Shown piece after piece: positions 34,039 to 44,946 of a DNA stretch of 64,000 bases. Position numbers and translations under genes: made by a program. The notes beneath the pieces are model-generated. The model worked only from the letters and a program-made list of their open reading frames with translations. It was not told where the DNA came from and did no database searches. Origin of the DNA: Planctomycetota bacterium (GTDB lineage Bacteria > Planctomycetota > Phycisphaerae > Sedimentisphaerales > Anaerobacaceae); assembly GCA_042569785.1 (NCBI GenBank), contig JBHPGW010000005.1:3347-67346 (forward strand), given 5' to 3'. Position 1 is the stretch's first letter, and every line of letters begins with the position of its first letter.

Positions 34039-35175
34039 TCAGGCCTCGGCTAAAATTTCCCTATATAATTCTATGTATTTGTTAACGATTGCATCCCACG
34101 TAAAATGGTTTGAGACGTGTTTTTTGAGACTCTTTCCCATAGCGTTTAAGTCGGCAGTATTGCCAAGCATTTTAGCCAGGCCTTTTTGCAAATCAATTAC
34201 AGATGCTGGCACTACCAAGCCTCCATTAAAATCCTCAACTTCATTAAAGCCACATTCATTTGTAATCAGTACGGGTGTTTCTGTCATGGCTGCTTCAAGG
34301 ACAACTATAGACATTGCCTCCTGTCTGGAGGGAATCGCAAGTAACTCAGATTCATAATACGCAGCAACTTTGTCATCATTGCCTAAATAGCCCAGGAAAT
34401 GCACATCATCCTGAAGTCCCGCATTGATAACGATATCTTTTAATTCAGTTAGCATTCCTTCATCGGGGCCGGCAAAGACAAGGTGGAGTGCTGGGATTTT
34501 ATTCTTAATTTCGCAAAAGGCTCGTAAAAGAAGGTCAGGGCCCTTGATGTGATTTAATCGCCCAACAAAAAGTATGAACGGATAATTCTTCAGGTTATAC
34601 TTTTCTCTAAAATGGACATTGTCATTTCTCTTGAAATCATCGCTATTAATCCCATTTGCTATAACGGAAATTTTTTCAGGTTCGGCACCGTAAGATTCAA
34701 ACTGCGGAATTTCATTAACACTTATCGCAATACATCTATTTGCGTTTCGAACGATGCTTTTGCCGATGACAAAATTGTAAATTCTCTTTAAAATTTTGGA
34801 TCTGCCATATATCGCAAGTGAACCGGCCGGACATATCACATACGGTTTTTTTAGACGTCTGGCAATAATATAAACCAATGCGTTGAGAAAGGTCCAATGA
34901 TTGATCAAATGGATAACATCAGCGTTATTTACAATCTCTTTAATTGCCTTGTATGAAAACAGAGGCATCCGAAACCGTTTAATCAGGCCAGGCAAAGCTA
35001 TAAGATTTACTCCCTTTAATTTTTTTATCTGCTGATGGTCTAAATCTATATCAAGTGTAAGTACTGTACTCTCGACACCAAACTTAGCTAAAAGTCTGCT
35101 CGTCTGGAACGTTCTTTCGACAGAACCTCCACCTAAAACAGGATCGAACCTTGCATTGACATCCAGTATCTTCAT
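34039..35175 (-). CDS. GT4 glycosyltransferase
   Basis: 378 aa. GGGSVERTF N-terminus, FVGRLNHIKG, and the EAMSIVVLEAAMTETPVL (E-x7-E) region. Confidence 0.75.
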   Translation of the reverse strand: MKILDVNARFDPVLGGGSVERTFQTSRLLAKFGVESTVLTLDIDLDHQQIKKLKGVNLIALPGLIKRFRMPLFSYKAIKEIVNNADVIHLINHWTFLNALVYIIARRLKKPYVICPAGSLAIYGRSKILKRIYNFVIGKSIVRNANRCIAISVNEIPQFESYGAEPEKISVIANGINSDDFKRNDNVHFREKYNLKNYPFILFVGRLNHIKGPDLLLRAFCEIKNKIPALHLVFAGPDEGMLTELKDIVINAGLQDDVHFLGYLGNDDKVAAYYESELLAIPSRQEAMSIVVLEAAMTETPVLITNECGFNEVEDFNGGLVVPASVIDLQKGLAKMLGNTADLNAMGKSLKKHVSNHFTWDAIVNKYIELYREILAEA

Positions 35176-35230
35176 AGATTAATTGTACCTCATTGACATA
35201 AAACATCAATCCAATTCACAGTTGATGATT

Positions 35231-36523
35231 TCATACCAGAAGTTTTTCATAAGAATCGGCAATTGAATCGACATGAAACAAAGCAAGCCATTGCTGCAGT
35301 GCCACAGGTTCGATCTGCGGGGGCGCCTTGATAAATTGGTTCAATTTTTCAACCCGCTCTGAAAACACATTATTATCGTCTACGAGATTTAAAATTGCTG
35401 GATAAGGCTTGAAGAAATCTACCGAACTATCCTCAAACGTTTTTACGATATTTAATATCGGTCTGCCTGAATGAGCGTATTCGACAACTTTGCTGGGCAA
35501 CTGATAAAGTGTATCGTTACCGATATTTACAAGCACTTTCGCCTCATTCATAATCTGAGGGATCTTCTCGTGGCCCACGGTGCCATGTAGAAATATTTTA
35601 TTGTTAAGCAGTCCCTGGTATTTGTCAAAACAATCTCCACACTCAGAAGTATTTCCCCAGAAATGAAGTTCCAGATTTTCCTCAGGTTGTTTTTGCAAGA
35701 GGCTGACAAATAATTTTAATAAAAAATCAGGGTTTCGTATGCTTTTATATAATGTCCCAATAAATACAAGTTTGTTTTTTATATCGTCTGAAAGAACAGA
35801 TCGTTCTATGTTTTGGTTTGTCGATGAGATCATTGGAGGGATCACATGATTTTTTTGTTGGCTATCGGAAAAGATCTTAGAATATTCGTCCCGAGTCGAC
35901 CCAGTAGTTACTACGATCTGATCGGCAAGGTTAAAGATCTTTTGTTCGACGGAGTAATTAAGTTTCCTGAATAAATTACGATTGTTTGGCGATGTCCGAT
36001 CAAGAAAGCAGAATGGGTCTCCTATATCTACAAGCCATTTCATTTCCGGATATCGTTTCTTCAAAGCTAATCCAATTAAGTGCCCGGTAAAAGGGTGAGA
36101 TACGCTTATCAAGGCATCGTAATTTTGATTTTTCAGCAGTTGCTTTGCTTTTCTGGTTGCAGGAAAATACCATAAACACGCAAAATCAGGCCAATAGATT
36201 TTTTTCCATGTGTGGTCGTAGATTTGTTTTATTAAAGGTCTTAACCGCATGAAAAAGCTTGAATTACCAGATTTCTCGGAAGGCATCTCAGGGATAGCAT
36301 ACGAGCCATTCATGCGATTTTTCAGTACTTGCATGAGGGATGGGCCAACTCTGTAAACTCTGATGTTTCCATAATCCTGCTTCTTAGTGAGCCCTGGCCT
36401 CCACGCACAAACAACATCGATGTTATGGGCTTTTTCGGCCCAGTGCTTTGCAATAGAAGACCAACGAAAAGCACGTGGGGAAATAATCGGCTCATAGTCA
36501 TAAGTGATTAATAGCAGCTTCAT
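35231..36523 (-). CDS. Putative glycosyltransferase (GT-B-like)
   Basis: Preferred start is the ATG at 36523 (MKLLLITYDYEPIISPRAFRWSSIAKHW), abutting the upstream stop. The C-terminal half has VFIGTLY and PSKVVEYAHSGRPIL. Confidence 0.45.
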   Translation of the reverse strand: MKLLLITYDYEPIISPRAFRWSSIAKHWAEKAHNIDVVCAWRPGLTKKQDYGNIRVYRVGPSLMQVLKNRMNGSYAIPEMPSEKSGNSSFFMRLRPLIKQIYDHTWKKIYWPDFACLWYFPATRKAKQLLKNQNYDALISVSHPFTGHLIGLALKKRYPEMKWLVDIGDPFCFLDRTSPNNRNLFRKLNYSVEQKIFNLADQIVVTTGSTRDEYSKIFSDSQQKNHVIPPMISSTNQNIERSVLSDDIKNKLVFIGTLYKSIRNPDFLLKLFVSLLQKQPEENLELHFWGNTSECGDCFDKYQGLLNNKIFLHGTVGHEKIPQIMNEAKVLVNIGNDTLYQLPSKVVEYAHSGRPILNIVKTFEDSSVDFFKPYPAILNLVDDNNVFSERVEKLNQFIKAPPQIEPVALQQWLALFHVDSIADSYEKLLV

Positions 36524-37908
36524 ATTTGAGCGTCCTGGCAAACTGACAAGATATGGGGGCGATCCTGTTGAATGCTTTTGCTTAATATTGCGACAACTCC
36601 ACCTAAGAACCAAAAGATGAAAGCTGATAAAAATGCCTCTCCGCTTGCCACAAATATAGCACTTATTGCAAATACGACATAATACATAATTATACCTGCT
36701 GTCAAGCCCTTGAAAAATCTGTCATTAAGATTTTTGTATAAATTGAGACTTTGCTTTAAGAATGTTAGAAATATCCAAGCATAGAGTATTAATCCAACTA
36801 TTCCTGTTTGCAGTAATAAGTACAGATAATAGCTGTGCGGCTGCAAAGCGTCTTGGCTAACTGCACCGACTTTTCCCATACCAATTCCAAAAACAGGATT
36901 GCTCAATGCCAAACGCAATTGTTCAGGGTAGAAACCGGCTCTTATTCCTATAGCCTCTTTATAATGTACGGAGGTGAAAAATCTCTCATACATTGTGGAT
37001 GGAGCCAGAAAAAAAGCTCCTAAATATAACAACAGTAGAACTAACAATATCTTCTTATTTGTTTTTAGTGCCCAGAGACTAACAGCAACAGTTAAAGCAA
37101 GCAAGCCACCTTTACTATAAGTCAAAAGCAATGAGGTGACAAGAATGCAAGTGGATATGATAAGCCAACACTTTACTTTCCTGGAGCGAATAAAAAGGAA
37201 CAATCCAATGGAAATGCATATAAGGGTGTCTAAATAGTAGGCGTAGTTGTTGGCGCCTAAAAAATCATAGGCAAGGAATTTGCTGCCGCTATGATAGGGT
37301 TGGTGTAGAATTTTATCTACCATTACTGGGTTGGACAGGTAGTGAATCGTGTTTGTCAAGGCGATCAGTGTCCCGGCAGTTAGAAAAAAGAAAATATATT
37401 TCTTCAGATGTTCTCTTTTGGGTATTACAGCGACGGTTAAGAAATAAACCATGATGTATTGTAACAGGTTTCGCAAGCCCATAATGTTAGCTTTAAAATC
37501 CCCTATATTTATACATAGAAGGGCAATGCAGTATACTATAAATACAATAATTGGGATGTTGGCCTTGGATTTAGGAAAAACAAGGCGTTTTTTGATCAGC
37601 CCCTTAATCAACCAGGACAAAAAAATCATTACAAGAACGGCCTCTTTCCACTGACCGGGAAAGAATGCTTTTTTTCCCAAAATAACGTGAAGAGGCATCA
37701 GGACAATAAAAAGCAACAGGCCTTTTTCAGGAGATAAGAAGATTACCAGGGCAATAAGACTACCCAACAGGATATTAAAAGCTATCGTGCCTGGAGTAAT
37801 GAGTAAACTTAAACAGCAAATCACTGCTATCGCAAAGAAATTCCCGTATTTGTCCAAAAAACTGAGCCACTTTTTATCTGTGGTTAACATATTTTCAATT
37901 TTATTCAT
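36520..37908 (-). CDS. O-antigen ligase/polymerase-like (Wzy_C) polytopic membrane protein
   Basis: 462 aa with more than 10 helices. TYSKGGLLALTVAVSLWAL matches the Wzy_C core. Confidence 0.6.
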   Translation of the reverse strand: MNKIENMLTTDKKWLSFLDKYGNFFAIAVICCLSLLITPGTIAFNILLGSLIALVIFLSPEKGLLLFIVLMPLHVILGKKAFFPGQWKEAVLVMIFLSWLIKGLIKKRLVFPKSKANIPIIVFIVYCIALLCINIGDFKANIMGLRNLLQYIMVYFLTVAVIPKREHLKKYIFFFLTAGTLIALTNTIHYLSNPVMVDKILHQPYHSGSKFLAYDFLGANNYAYYLDTLICISIGLFLFIRSRKVKCWLIISTCILVTSLLLTYSKGGLLALTVAVSLWALKTNKKILLVLLLLYLGAFFLAPSTMYERFFTSVHYKEAIGIRAGFYPEQLRLALSNPVFGIGMGKVGAVSQDALQPHSYYLYLLLQTGIVGLILYAWIFLTFLKQSLNLYKNLNDRFFKGLTAGIIMYYVVFAISAIFVASGEAFLSAFIFWFLGGVVAILSKSIQQDRPHILSVCQDAQI

Positions 37909-37944
37909 GCTGTTAATTATTCCGGGGATTCTTTTTACAACTGA

Positions 37945-40161
37945 TTACGACAGGGTCTTAATTTCAAATTCCAGTTGGAATGGAAGGCTACGCTTATATT
38001 CTATGCTTAAAGTTTTATTCCTGACTTTTGTTCCATATTGCGGTGAAAACCAACTGTCATCAATAGTCAAATTACCCTCAAGTAAATCTCGGATTTTAAA
38101 ACTTATGTTTTTTTTGTCACATTGGAGCAAAAGTTCATTTGATGCGGTTTTGTTTATTATAATTTGTGGCGCAAAATGGAAGTACCAGTTAAGTGTATGG
38201 TCGGGACAATGATTTTTTGCGGCAGATGTATAATACAACTCATCTTTGATCGTCCATTCAAGATTCTTTTTAATAAAACGAACACTTCTTTTGTGAGCAA
38301 TTTGTTTTTCAGAGGAACTATTTATATATTCGCCAATTAGAAGATCTTCTCTGTCATTGCTTTGCCAGTTCAAAAATCTTTGTTCCAAGTCGCCTTTCAT
38401 TTCAAATAACAATAGTTCATCAAAACTATTCTGCTCTCTGGCATCGACAGCTACAGTGTTATGATAAGCCGTTGATCGAAAGAGGTTTCTCATTACTGGC
38501 TCGGAGGTATAAACATAAGTGCCAGAGTCAACAATAACATCACTGCCCTCAATATTCAGTTCAAAGCTTAATTTATCATTATGACAGTGTCCTGTTCGAT
38601 TGCGATTTAGACCCTCTGTACCACATGAAATGAACATATAGTTCATATCTTCTCGTAATATATACCAGCCCGCATCAGAAAATGTTCGACTTCTGATATT
38701 CTCAAGGCTGTTCTCTTCTAAATTTCGCCAATTTTCATAGGCTTTCTCGCCGAGCCCCCACAGCCCCTTAAGGCTGAAGTTATATTGCTTGATCTTGAAA
38801 CGGGGTTCTTTGAAGAATACGGCACCGGCTGTAAGCAAATACCGCATATCGAGGATTTCTCGTTTCATAACGGCAGCTGCAGCGTTATTTGAATTGAATG
38901 GATCAAAGGTGCAAAGTACGCCATTGTCATTGTCTCCGATCTGGGGCATTTGTCCGTCAGGTTTCAGGGAATAAAGAATGACTTCAAACATCTTATAGAG
39001 CCTATCTGCATACTTTTGGCCGAACAGGCGATCTGCAACCTCTCTGTGATTTTCACCGTTAAAATCATTGTTATTAATCACTACTAACAAGGTTGGCAGA
39101 AAAAACAACTCTAAAGCTAATCGATGATAACACGTTGATCCCTCAAAGTTGGTCCCATCAGAATTAACCTGTTTTTGCATTTGTTTTTTGAGCTGGTCAA
39201 TGCCAAGGCATTTCCACTTTTTAGCATCATCGAATTCAGGAAACATTGTGCCCAGGTAAATTAGTCCGGCTAAATTAGAAAGATAATGATTGTTGACCAC
39301 ACGATCATTGTTTTCCAAATTGTGCGTGATGTGTTGGCCATGAGCCCAGAGGCTGCAAAGAAACTTTTTTAGAAAAGCATCTATTATCCTGCTGGAATCT
39401 TTGAAGAAATAGTAGCCGGCAATCCAATTAACCGCTCGGATTGCGACATCCATTGTGCACGACCAGTTCACCCCTGCTTGAACCGGATTATTCTCGATCC
39501 AATCATCGATCTGATTAACAAACTCCTGGGCATATTTTTCGTTTTCGGTTAACCAATATGCTTGCCCCAAACCGATTAAATGCTGGAATCGGGATAGTTC
39601 CCAGGGGACTTTAATATCTGCCATGCCAAGGGGAATCTCGATATTTTTATAGTGCTTACTGCAGTCCCATCGATAACCGGTATTAAAATCTATGTGCCAA
39701 TCAATTAGGCTATATTGTTTTATATTTTCCGCATGAGATTTTGTAGATTGTGCTTGATGAACACAGTCTGATTTTGAGTTCACGTCGTATACTTGGCCAA
39801 AAAGATCGAAGTTGTGTTCACATATCCTATCGGCATATTTGATTATATGATCCCGTGCAGTTGAGTCATTTTTATGAATAAATGAAAGGAAAAATTCTTT
39901 GAACTTGTGATCGAAGAGAAACTCTGGTTTTGTTCTTTGGGTCAAATAATCTTTTAGTGTAGCCCCGGATAGAAATTCTTCATTATGATCTCTGAACTGG
40001 TTTATGAGTTCTCCCTCTTTTATAGTCGCCCCAAATATACGAAAGTAGGTCCTGGTAGCAATATCGCAGGCTGTATTTTTGATCTTAAACCAGATGAGTT
40101 CACCTATTTCTTTGGGAGATGAACTTTTGCATCTTCTCAAATATCTTACTAATGTATTCAT
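37945..40161 (-). CDS. Heparinase II/III-like (alginate-lyase-superfamily) protein
   Basis: 738 aa. WELSRFQHL, NNHYLSNLAGLIYLG, YHRLALELF and HCHNDKLSFEL resemble the heparinase II/III N- and C-domain signatures. Confidence 0.55.
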   Translation of the reverse strand: MNTLVRYLRRCKSSSPKEIGELIWFKIKNTACDIATRTYFRIFGATIKEGELINQFRDHNEEFLSGATLKDYLTQRTKPEFLFDHKFKEFFLSFIHKNDSTARDHIIKYADRICEHNFDLFGQVYDVNSKSDCVHQAQSTKSHAENIKQYSLIDWHIDFNTGYRWDCSKHYKNIEIPLGMADIKVPWELSRFQHLIGLGQAYWLTENEKYAQEFVNQIDDWIENNPVQAGVNWSCTMDVAIRAVNWIAGYYFFKDSSRIIDAFLKKFLCSLWAHGQHITHNLENNDRVVNNHYLSNLAGLIYLGTMFPEFDDAKKWKCLGIDQLKKQMQKQVNSDGTNFEGSTCYHRLALELFFLPTLLVVINNNDFNGENHREVADRLFGQKYADRLYKMFEVILYSLKPDGQMPQIGDNDNGVLCTFDPFNSNNAAAAVMKREILDMRYLLTAGAVFFKEPRFKIKQYNFSLKGLWGLGEKAYENWRNLEENSLENIRSRTFSDAGWYILREDMNYMFISCGTEGLNRNRTGHCHNDKLSFELNIEGSDVIVDSGTYVYTSEPVMRNLFRSTAYHNTVAVDAREQNSFDELLLFEMKGDLEQRFLNWQSNDREDLLIGEYINSSSEKQIAHKRSVRFIKKNLEWTIKDELYYTSAAKNHCPDHTLNWYFHFAPQIIINKTASNELLLQCDKKNISFKIRDLLEGNLTIDDSWFSPQYGTKVRNKTLSIEYKRSLPFQLEFEIKTLS

Positions 40162-40221
40162 TGATATTTTTAAAGGGAGGGGTATATATTTAAGATAGAT
40201 AAAACGATTTGAACGAGGGTT

Positions 40222-42120
40222 CTATATTTCGTTGTCTGACGTCATAAACATACGATGCCACATCACCAAAACCATCATGCCCCAAAGTTCAAAGCCAAAT
40301 TGTTTACGTTTCTGTAAATGCATATTTAGAATTTCATGAACTCTTTGAGGTTGAAGAAAGCCTAATCTGTCAACACTTTGAGGCGAAAGCAGCTCATCGG
40401 CCATCGGCTTAAGTGGGCCTCTTATCCAGTCATGAACAGGTATACTGAACCCCTGCTTTGAACGATTTGCGATCCTAGAGGGAAATTTTTTTGCTGCATA
40501 CCGTTTCAATAGGTATTTTGTACACTTGCCCTTTCTTAATTTCAACTCCGGGGAAAGTTTTGCTGCCCACTCCACAAGGCGATGATCGAGCCATGGCGAT
40601 CTTACTTCGAGCCCATTGGCCATGCTCATTCTGTCGACTTTAGTTAAAATATCTTTAACCATATATTCTGAGATGTCCACCGTTTGTAGTGACGCCAAGG
40701 CAGGTTTGGCTTTTTCGACTGCATATCTGGAATTCAGATATTCGTAAGTTCCTTTAATATCAGGATTGGCCGCAAAGAAATCCTGCGAGAAAAGTTCTTT
40801 TTTTTCGGTTTCAGCCCATGTTCCGTTCCAAAAGAAATGCGCCAAGCCTGGAGGCATGGACAATCCGCGAGCAAACCGTTTAAGTTTATATTCAAAAGAA
40901 ACTTTTCTATCAGATAACGGAAGGAGATTAGCCGTAAAATCGGCCAATCTAATAAGATTATTTGGCAGATATTTTTTGATCTTAGCTGCTAACCTTGTGG
41001 CTGGATAAGTGAGGTAGCCTGCAAAAAGTTCGTCAGCTCCATCGCCTCCGAGAACTACCTTGACATTTTCGGCGGTCATCTGGCTTAATTGATAAAAAGG
41101 AAAGCAGGATGAATCAGCTAAAGGGTCATCAGCATGGCGGACCAGGGTCTCGAATAGATTTGGGTTGGGGTCTATTTCAAAAACTTTAAGCTCCATGTCA
41201 AGGATTTTGGCAACTTCTTTGGCAAAAGGCTCCTCACTGAAATTGCCGTCTTTGAAAATCGCGGTATAGGCTGTGACATTTGCTCCGAGCTCTTTTACCT
41301 TGGATGCGATTAAAGATGAATCCACTCCGCCGGATAAAAATATTCCGACAGGGACATCACTCCTAAGCCTGAGCCTTACAGAATCCTCTAATAAAACGTC
41401 CAACTGCTCAAGGGCGGCTTCTTCATCATTTATTTCTTCTTTTCCAAAAAAAGAAGAAACATCCCAATATTTTCCAGATCTCTGATTATCCTCCGAAAAG
41501 ATCATCCAGCCACCCGGGCAAACGGATAAAATGTTTTTAAGTAATGTTCTGTTGCCGGGGATATAGTTTAATGAGAAATAATCATATGCAGCTACCTGGT
41601 CCAATTGTCCTGGAACATCCGGGTGTTTAATTAGTGATTTAAGTTCCGATGCGAAAATGACCCAATCGTCATTGACGTAATAAAACAATGGCTTTTGCCC
41701 GAGACGATCTCTTCCAAGAACAAGCTTCCTTTGATTAAGGTCAGCGATCGCAATTGCGAACATTCCATTGAGCCTAGAAAACATTTCTATTCCGTATTCT
41801 TCATACAAATGAAGAATAACCTCTGTGTCAGAGTTGGATTTAAATATGTGTTTTTTCGAAAGCTCCTGCCTCAATTCAATGTAATTGTAGATCTCGCCAT
41901 TAAAGACGATAACGAGAGAGCCATCTTCATTTGCCATTGGCTGAGCCCCGCCGTCTATGTCAATGATCGAGAGCCTTGTGTGTCCTAAGCCAAATGATCC
42001 ATCAAGAAATATCCCCTGGCCATCAGGGCCTCGGTGCTTTAGAAGCTCTGTCATATCTCCAAGCAGATCTCTTGATATAGGCTTGTTGTTTTTTGAAAAA
42101 ATACCTGTAATACCGCACAT
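40222..42120 (-). CDS. asnB: Asparagine synthase (glutamine-hydrolysing) family amidotransferase
   Basis: MCGITGIF N-terminal nucleophile, GHTRLSIID, FNGEIYNY and the SGGVDSS PP-loop. Confidence 0.9.
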   Translation of the reverse strand: MCGITGIFSKNNKPISRDLLGDMTELLKHRGPDGQGIFLDGSFGLGHTRLSIIDIDGGAQPMANEDGSLVIVFNGEIYNYIELRQELSKKHIFKSNSDTEVILHLYEEYGIEMFSRLNGMFAIAIADLNQRKLVLGRDRLGQKPLFYYVNDDWVIFASELKSLIKHPDVPGQLDQVAAYDYFSLNYIPGNRTLLKNILSVCPGGWMIFSEDNQRSGKYWDVSSFFGKEEINDEEAALEQLDVLLEDSVRLRLRSDVPVGIFLSGGVDSSLIASKVKELGANVTAYTAIFKDGNFSEEPFAKEVAKILDMELKVFEIDPNPNLFETLVRHADDPLADSSCFPFYQLSQMTAENVKVVLGGDGADELFAGYLTYPATRLAAKIKKYLPNNLIRLADFTANLLPLSDRKVSFEYKLKRFARGLSMPPGLAHFFWNGTWAETEKKELFSQDFFAANPDIKGTYEYLNSRYAVEKAKPALASLQTVDISEYMVKDILTKVDRMSMANGLEVRSPWLDHRLVEWAAKLSPELKLRKGKCTKYLLKRYAAKKFPSRIANRSKQGFSIPVHDWIRGPLKPMADELLSPQSVDRLGFLQPQRVHEILNMHLQKRKQFGFELWGMMVLVMWHRMFMTSDNEI

Positions 42121-42132
42121 AAAATGAATCCG

Positions 42133-42897
42133 CTATTTTCTCAATATTGTCAAGGTGGCAAACGAGAGTTTACGTCCGATGAAATTTCTATAAAACATTT
42201 TTTCCATGTTGAATAAAAGCCTCACGCACTTTTTACCGCCAGTATAAAAAAAGGAAAACGCTTCCGGGTTATAATAAAGCACATAAGATAGCAGGCCCGG
42301 ATAAAGCTGATCGACCACATTAAACCCGCAGGACGAATAAATATCATTTAATATATTTAGATCAAAACCTTCTTCAGTATCGGCGTCGAACATTGGGTTT
42401 TTTTTGTAGATGTTCGTTCTTATTATTTTTGTAAAATAGTTGTTTTGTGTCGGCTCAAAATTTATAAAATGTCCGCCATCATTAAGCGCACTATAAACTG
42501 TAGAGACGAACTCTTCGGCGGTATTATAAATATGATGCAGGCCACCTATCAGCAGAACGATATCGTATTTTTTTGTAGGCTTGAATGTGGTAGCATCTGC
42601 CTTGAAAATATTAATGCCGGTTTCTTTTTTTGCGATATCCAAAAAGGTATCGCTGATATCAAAACCATCGTATTCAACATCAACATTGAGGTGATCTTCA
42701 AGAATGCTTTTGCCGTCGGCAAAACCGCACATAGGCTCCAGCACCAACAGATTGTTTTTCTTCAGAAAATCCTTATCTTTCAAAAAATAGCCCCAGAGCA
42801 GTTCTTTGAGTAAAAGATGATTTTTCAACTGTCTGCATTTATAATACTTTTCCGCAACGTTTTCGTAATGACGGTACTGTTTTTCTGTGCTATCCAT
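42133..42897 (-). CDS. Class I SAM-dependent methyltransferase
   Basis: Preferred start is the ATG at 42897 (MDSTEKQ), which avoids overlap with the upstream gene. Motif I is VLEPMCGFADG; DIVLLIGGLHH follows. Confidence 0.55.
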   Translation of the reverse strand: MDSTEKQYRHYENVAEKYYKCRQLKNHLLLKELLWGYFLKDKDFLKKNNLLVLEPMCGFADGKSILEDHLNVDVEYDGFDISDTFLDIAKKETGINIFKADATTFKPTKKYDIVLLIGGLHHIYNTAEEFVSTVYSALNDGGHFINFEPTQNNYFTKIIRTNIYKKNPMFDADTEEGFDLNILNDIYSSCGFNVVDQLYPGLLSYVLYYNPEAFSFFYTGGKKCVRLLFNMEKMFYRNFIGRKLSFATLTILRK

Positions 42898-42904
42898 GAT
42901 ACTT

Positions 42905-43819
42905 TCAATGCCTGGGTGTTTTTTGTAATGTAACGACAAAGGCGCCGGTTTTTTTGAACATTAATTGGAGCATACAAAAAGGGATGAAAGCTAATAATAA
43001 ATATTTGTAGTACCAGGCTCTGCCATTTTTTATGGAACAGCGAAATCTTTTCGTACTTTGCAGATAGTTCTGCACAGATAGAGCCCAATTGTCAGTGCTC
43101 AATAAATACTTGGTGCTGACAATCTTAAAGCCGCTTTTTTCTGCCAGGAGCTCGGCAGATGACGGTGAAAAGAGATATGTGTGACGAGGTACATGTAAAC
43201 TGCCCCAATATTTTCTAACAATGGCTATATCCCAGCACTTTGTATTTGGTGTTTCCAAAAGTATATAACCGCCTGGTCTCAAGATGGCATTGGCTTTTCT
43301 CATTTCTTCAACAGGATCAACTACATGCTCGATCAAATTATTCATGATAACCAAATCGTAGGATTTAGTTTCTTCGATGTCAGCGATTGTTCCTGTAATT
43401 AGGTCCCTTCCTTTTTTTCTGCCTTTTTCAGCAATTTCATCTTTGAATTCAATGCCGGTCAATTTCAATTGTGGGTATTTTTCTTTCAGCAAGTCAAAAT
43501 ATGGTGCATCGGCACATCCAATGTCGAGGATTCGGCCATTGGCACCGGCCAACTTCTTATATTCTCGAAATCTGAAAAAATAAATAATACGATATAAAAA
43601 TGAAATTAATCCTCTGCTTGAGATATGGTATCCGTGGTAGTCAGGTGGGTAATGTGATTTTAAGTCTTCAAGTGTCGGCGGAGGCCAGAGCATCAAAAGG
43701 CCGCAATTATTACATTTTTTGAATGAGAATCTGCCTTGGATACCATATTCATGATCAATCAACTCTTCGAATTTGGTCTCTAACTCAACACTAGAGCATA
43801 GCGTACATTTAGATATCAT
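42905..43819 (-). CDS. Class I SAM-dependent methyltransferase with N-terminal zinc ribbon
   Basis: CTLCSS...CNNCG, then ILDIGCADAPYF (motif I) and DLVIMNNLIEHV. Confidence 0.65.
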   Translation of the reverse strand: MISKCTLCSSVELETKFEELIDHEYGIQGRFSFKKCNNCGLLMLWPPPTLEDLKSHYPPDYHGYHISSRGLISFLYRIIYFFRFREYKKLAGANGRILDIGCADAPYFDLLKEKYPQLKLTGIEFKDEIAEKGRKKGRDLITGTIADIEETKSYDLVIMNNLIEHVVDPVEEMRKANAILRPGGYILLETPNTKCWDIAIVRKYWGSLHVPRHTYLFSPSSAELLAEKSGFKIVSTKYLLSTDNWALSVQNYLQSTKRFRCSIKNGRAWYYKYLLLAFIPFCMLQLMFKKTGAFVVTLQKTPRH

Positions 43820-44922
43820 TTATCGACCAAATACTCCTTGATAAAAGACTCCGACATTGCGGGCAAACAGCCCTGAGTTTTCTTTAAGTTGTAATAAGGA
43901 TTCTTAACCATGTCAGCCTGAATATCAGCTAACGATTTTTCGCGTATATTGCCATATGTAATTTGGATAAGAGGACAGGAAACAATGTCACCGTATGGCT
44001 GCAATCCAATTTTTTCTCTGGCTGCGGGACACTTGATAGTAGTTAGCCCCGAATACATATCCGTTCGGCTTTTCCATGTTTTAGATAATAGCCAGAAAAA
44101 GTACAGCTTGGTTTCTTCGGTCAGCATCAGGTCAAGACGATTTTTAAATGCTCCAGTTAGACAGCACGGAGTAATCTGAAGCAAACAGCCTAATTTTTTT
44201 GCCAGGAAAAGGGTGTAGATGATATCATCCTGTTGAACCTTGTCGTTAGATAAAATAGTATTTAATGAAACGTGAATATTATGTTTTTTGCAATTGCGAA
44301 TATTTTCAAGGATCTTGTCATAGCTTCCACTTCGCCTGTTATCATCATGAACCTGCTCAAAGGCAGAATCGAGCCCCATTTCAATTCCATCTAAGCCGCA
44401 TTCTTTTAACTTTATGAGCTTCTGCTCGTCCAACAAGGTTCCATTAGTACAGATCATGACAAAACGCTTATGATGCTTTTTTATATATCGCGTCAATTCA
44501 AAAACGGTTTCTTCTTCGAGCATAGGCTCGCCGCCATTTAACGAAAATTGAAAAGCTCCGAGTTCTACCGCCTGGTCAACCGCGTTTTTAAATTCATCAA
44601 TAGTCAGTCGTTCCTTTTTTTCCCTATCTCTGTCGTAAGCAAGTCTACACGAACATTGTTCACATGCCGAATTGCATTTATAGGTGATTGCCAATTCCAG
44701 GGATCGCAGACACACTTTCCCCTGACTCGCTCTTAGAAACCCACTTATCACATAACGCCATATAAAAGGATTTGATAGGATAATTTGCGCACTTTGAAGA
44801 GTTCTGTTGAGATGCATCCTCAGAAACATGAGCTTTTGCAGGAGTCTGCTTGATTTAACACGTTCAAACTCTTTATGATATTTTTGAATTTTCTCTTTTG
44901 AAACTATTTGGTCCAATTGCAT
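43816..44922 (-). CDS. Radical SAM enzyme with SPASM/twitch-like C-terminal Cys cluster
   Basis: ITYKCNSACEQCS (CX3CX2C). The C-terminal region is KCPAAREKIGLQPYGDIVSCP...GCLP. Confidence 0.7.
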   Translation of the reverse strand: MQLDQIVSKEKIQKYHKEFERVKSSRLLQKLMFLRMHLNRTLQSAQIILSNPFIWRYVISGFLRASQGKVCLRSLELAITYKCNSACEQCSCRLAYDRDREKKERLTIDEFKNAVDQAVELGAFQFSLNGGEPMLEEETVFELTRYIKKHHKRFVMICTNGTLLDEQKLIKLKECGLDGIEMGLDSAFEQVHDDNRRSGSYDKILENIRNCKKHNIHVSLNTILSNDKVQQDDIIYTLFLAKKLGCLLQITPCCLTGAFKNRLDLMLTEETKLYFFWLLSKTWKSRTDMYSGLTTIKCPAAREKIGLQPYGDIVSCPLIQITYGNIREKSLADIQADMVKNPYYNLKKTQGCLPAMSESFIKEYLVDK

Positions 44923-44946
44923 GATATGTGGCCTATATTTACGAAG

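Noticed and set aside
42825-43088. 87-aa minus-strand ORF overlapping the junction of two methyltransferase genes
   Set aside because: It is an alternate frame of the 42905..43819 gene's 3' end and has no independent support.
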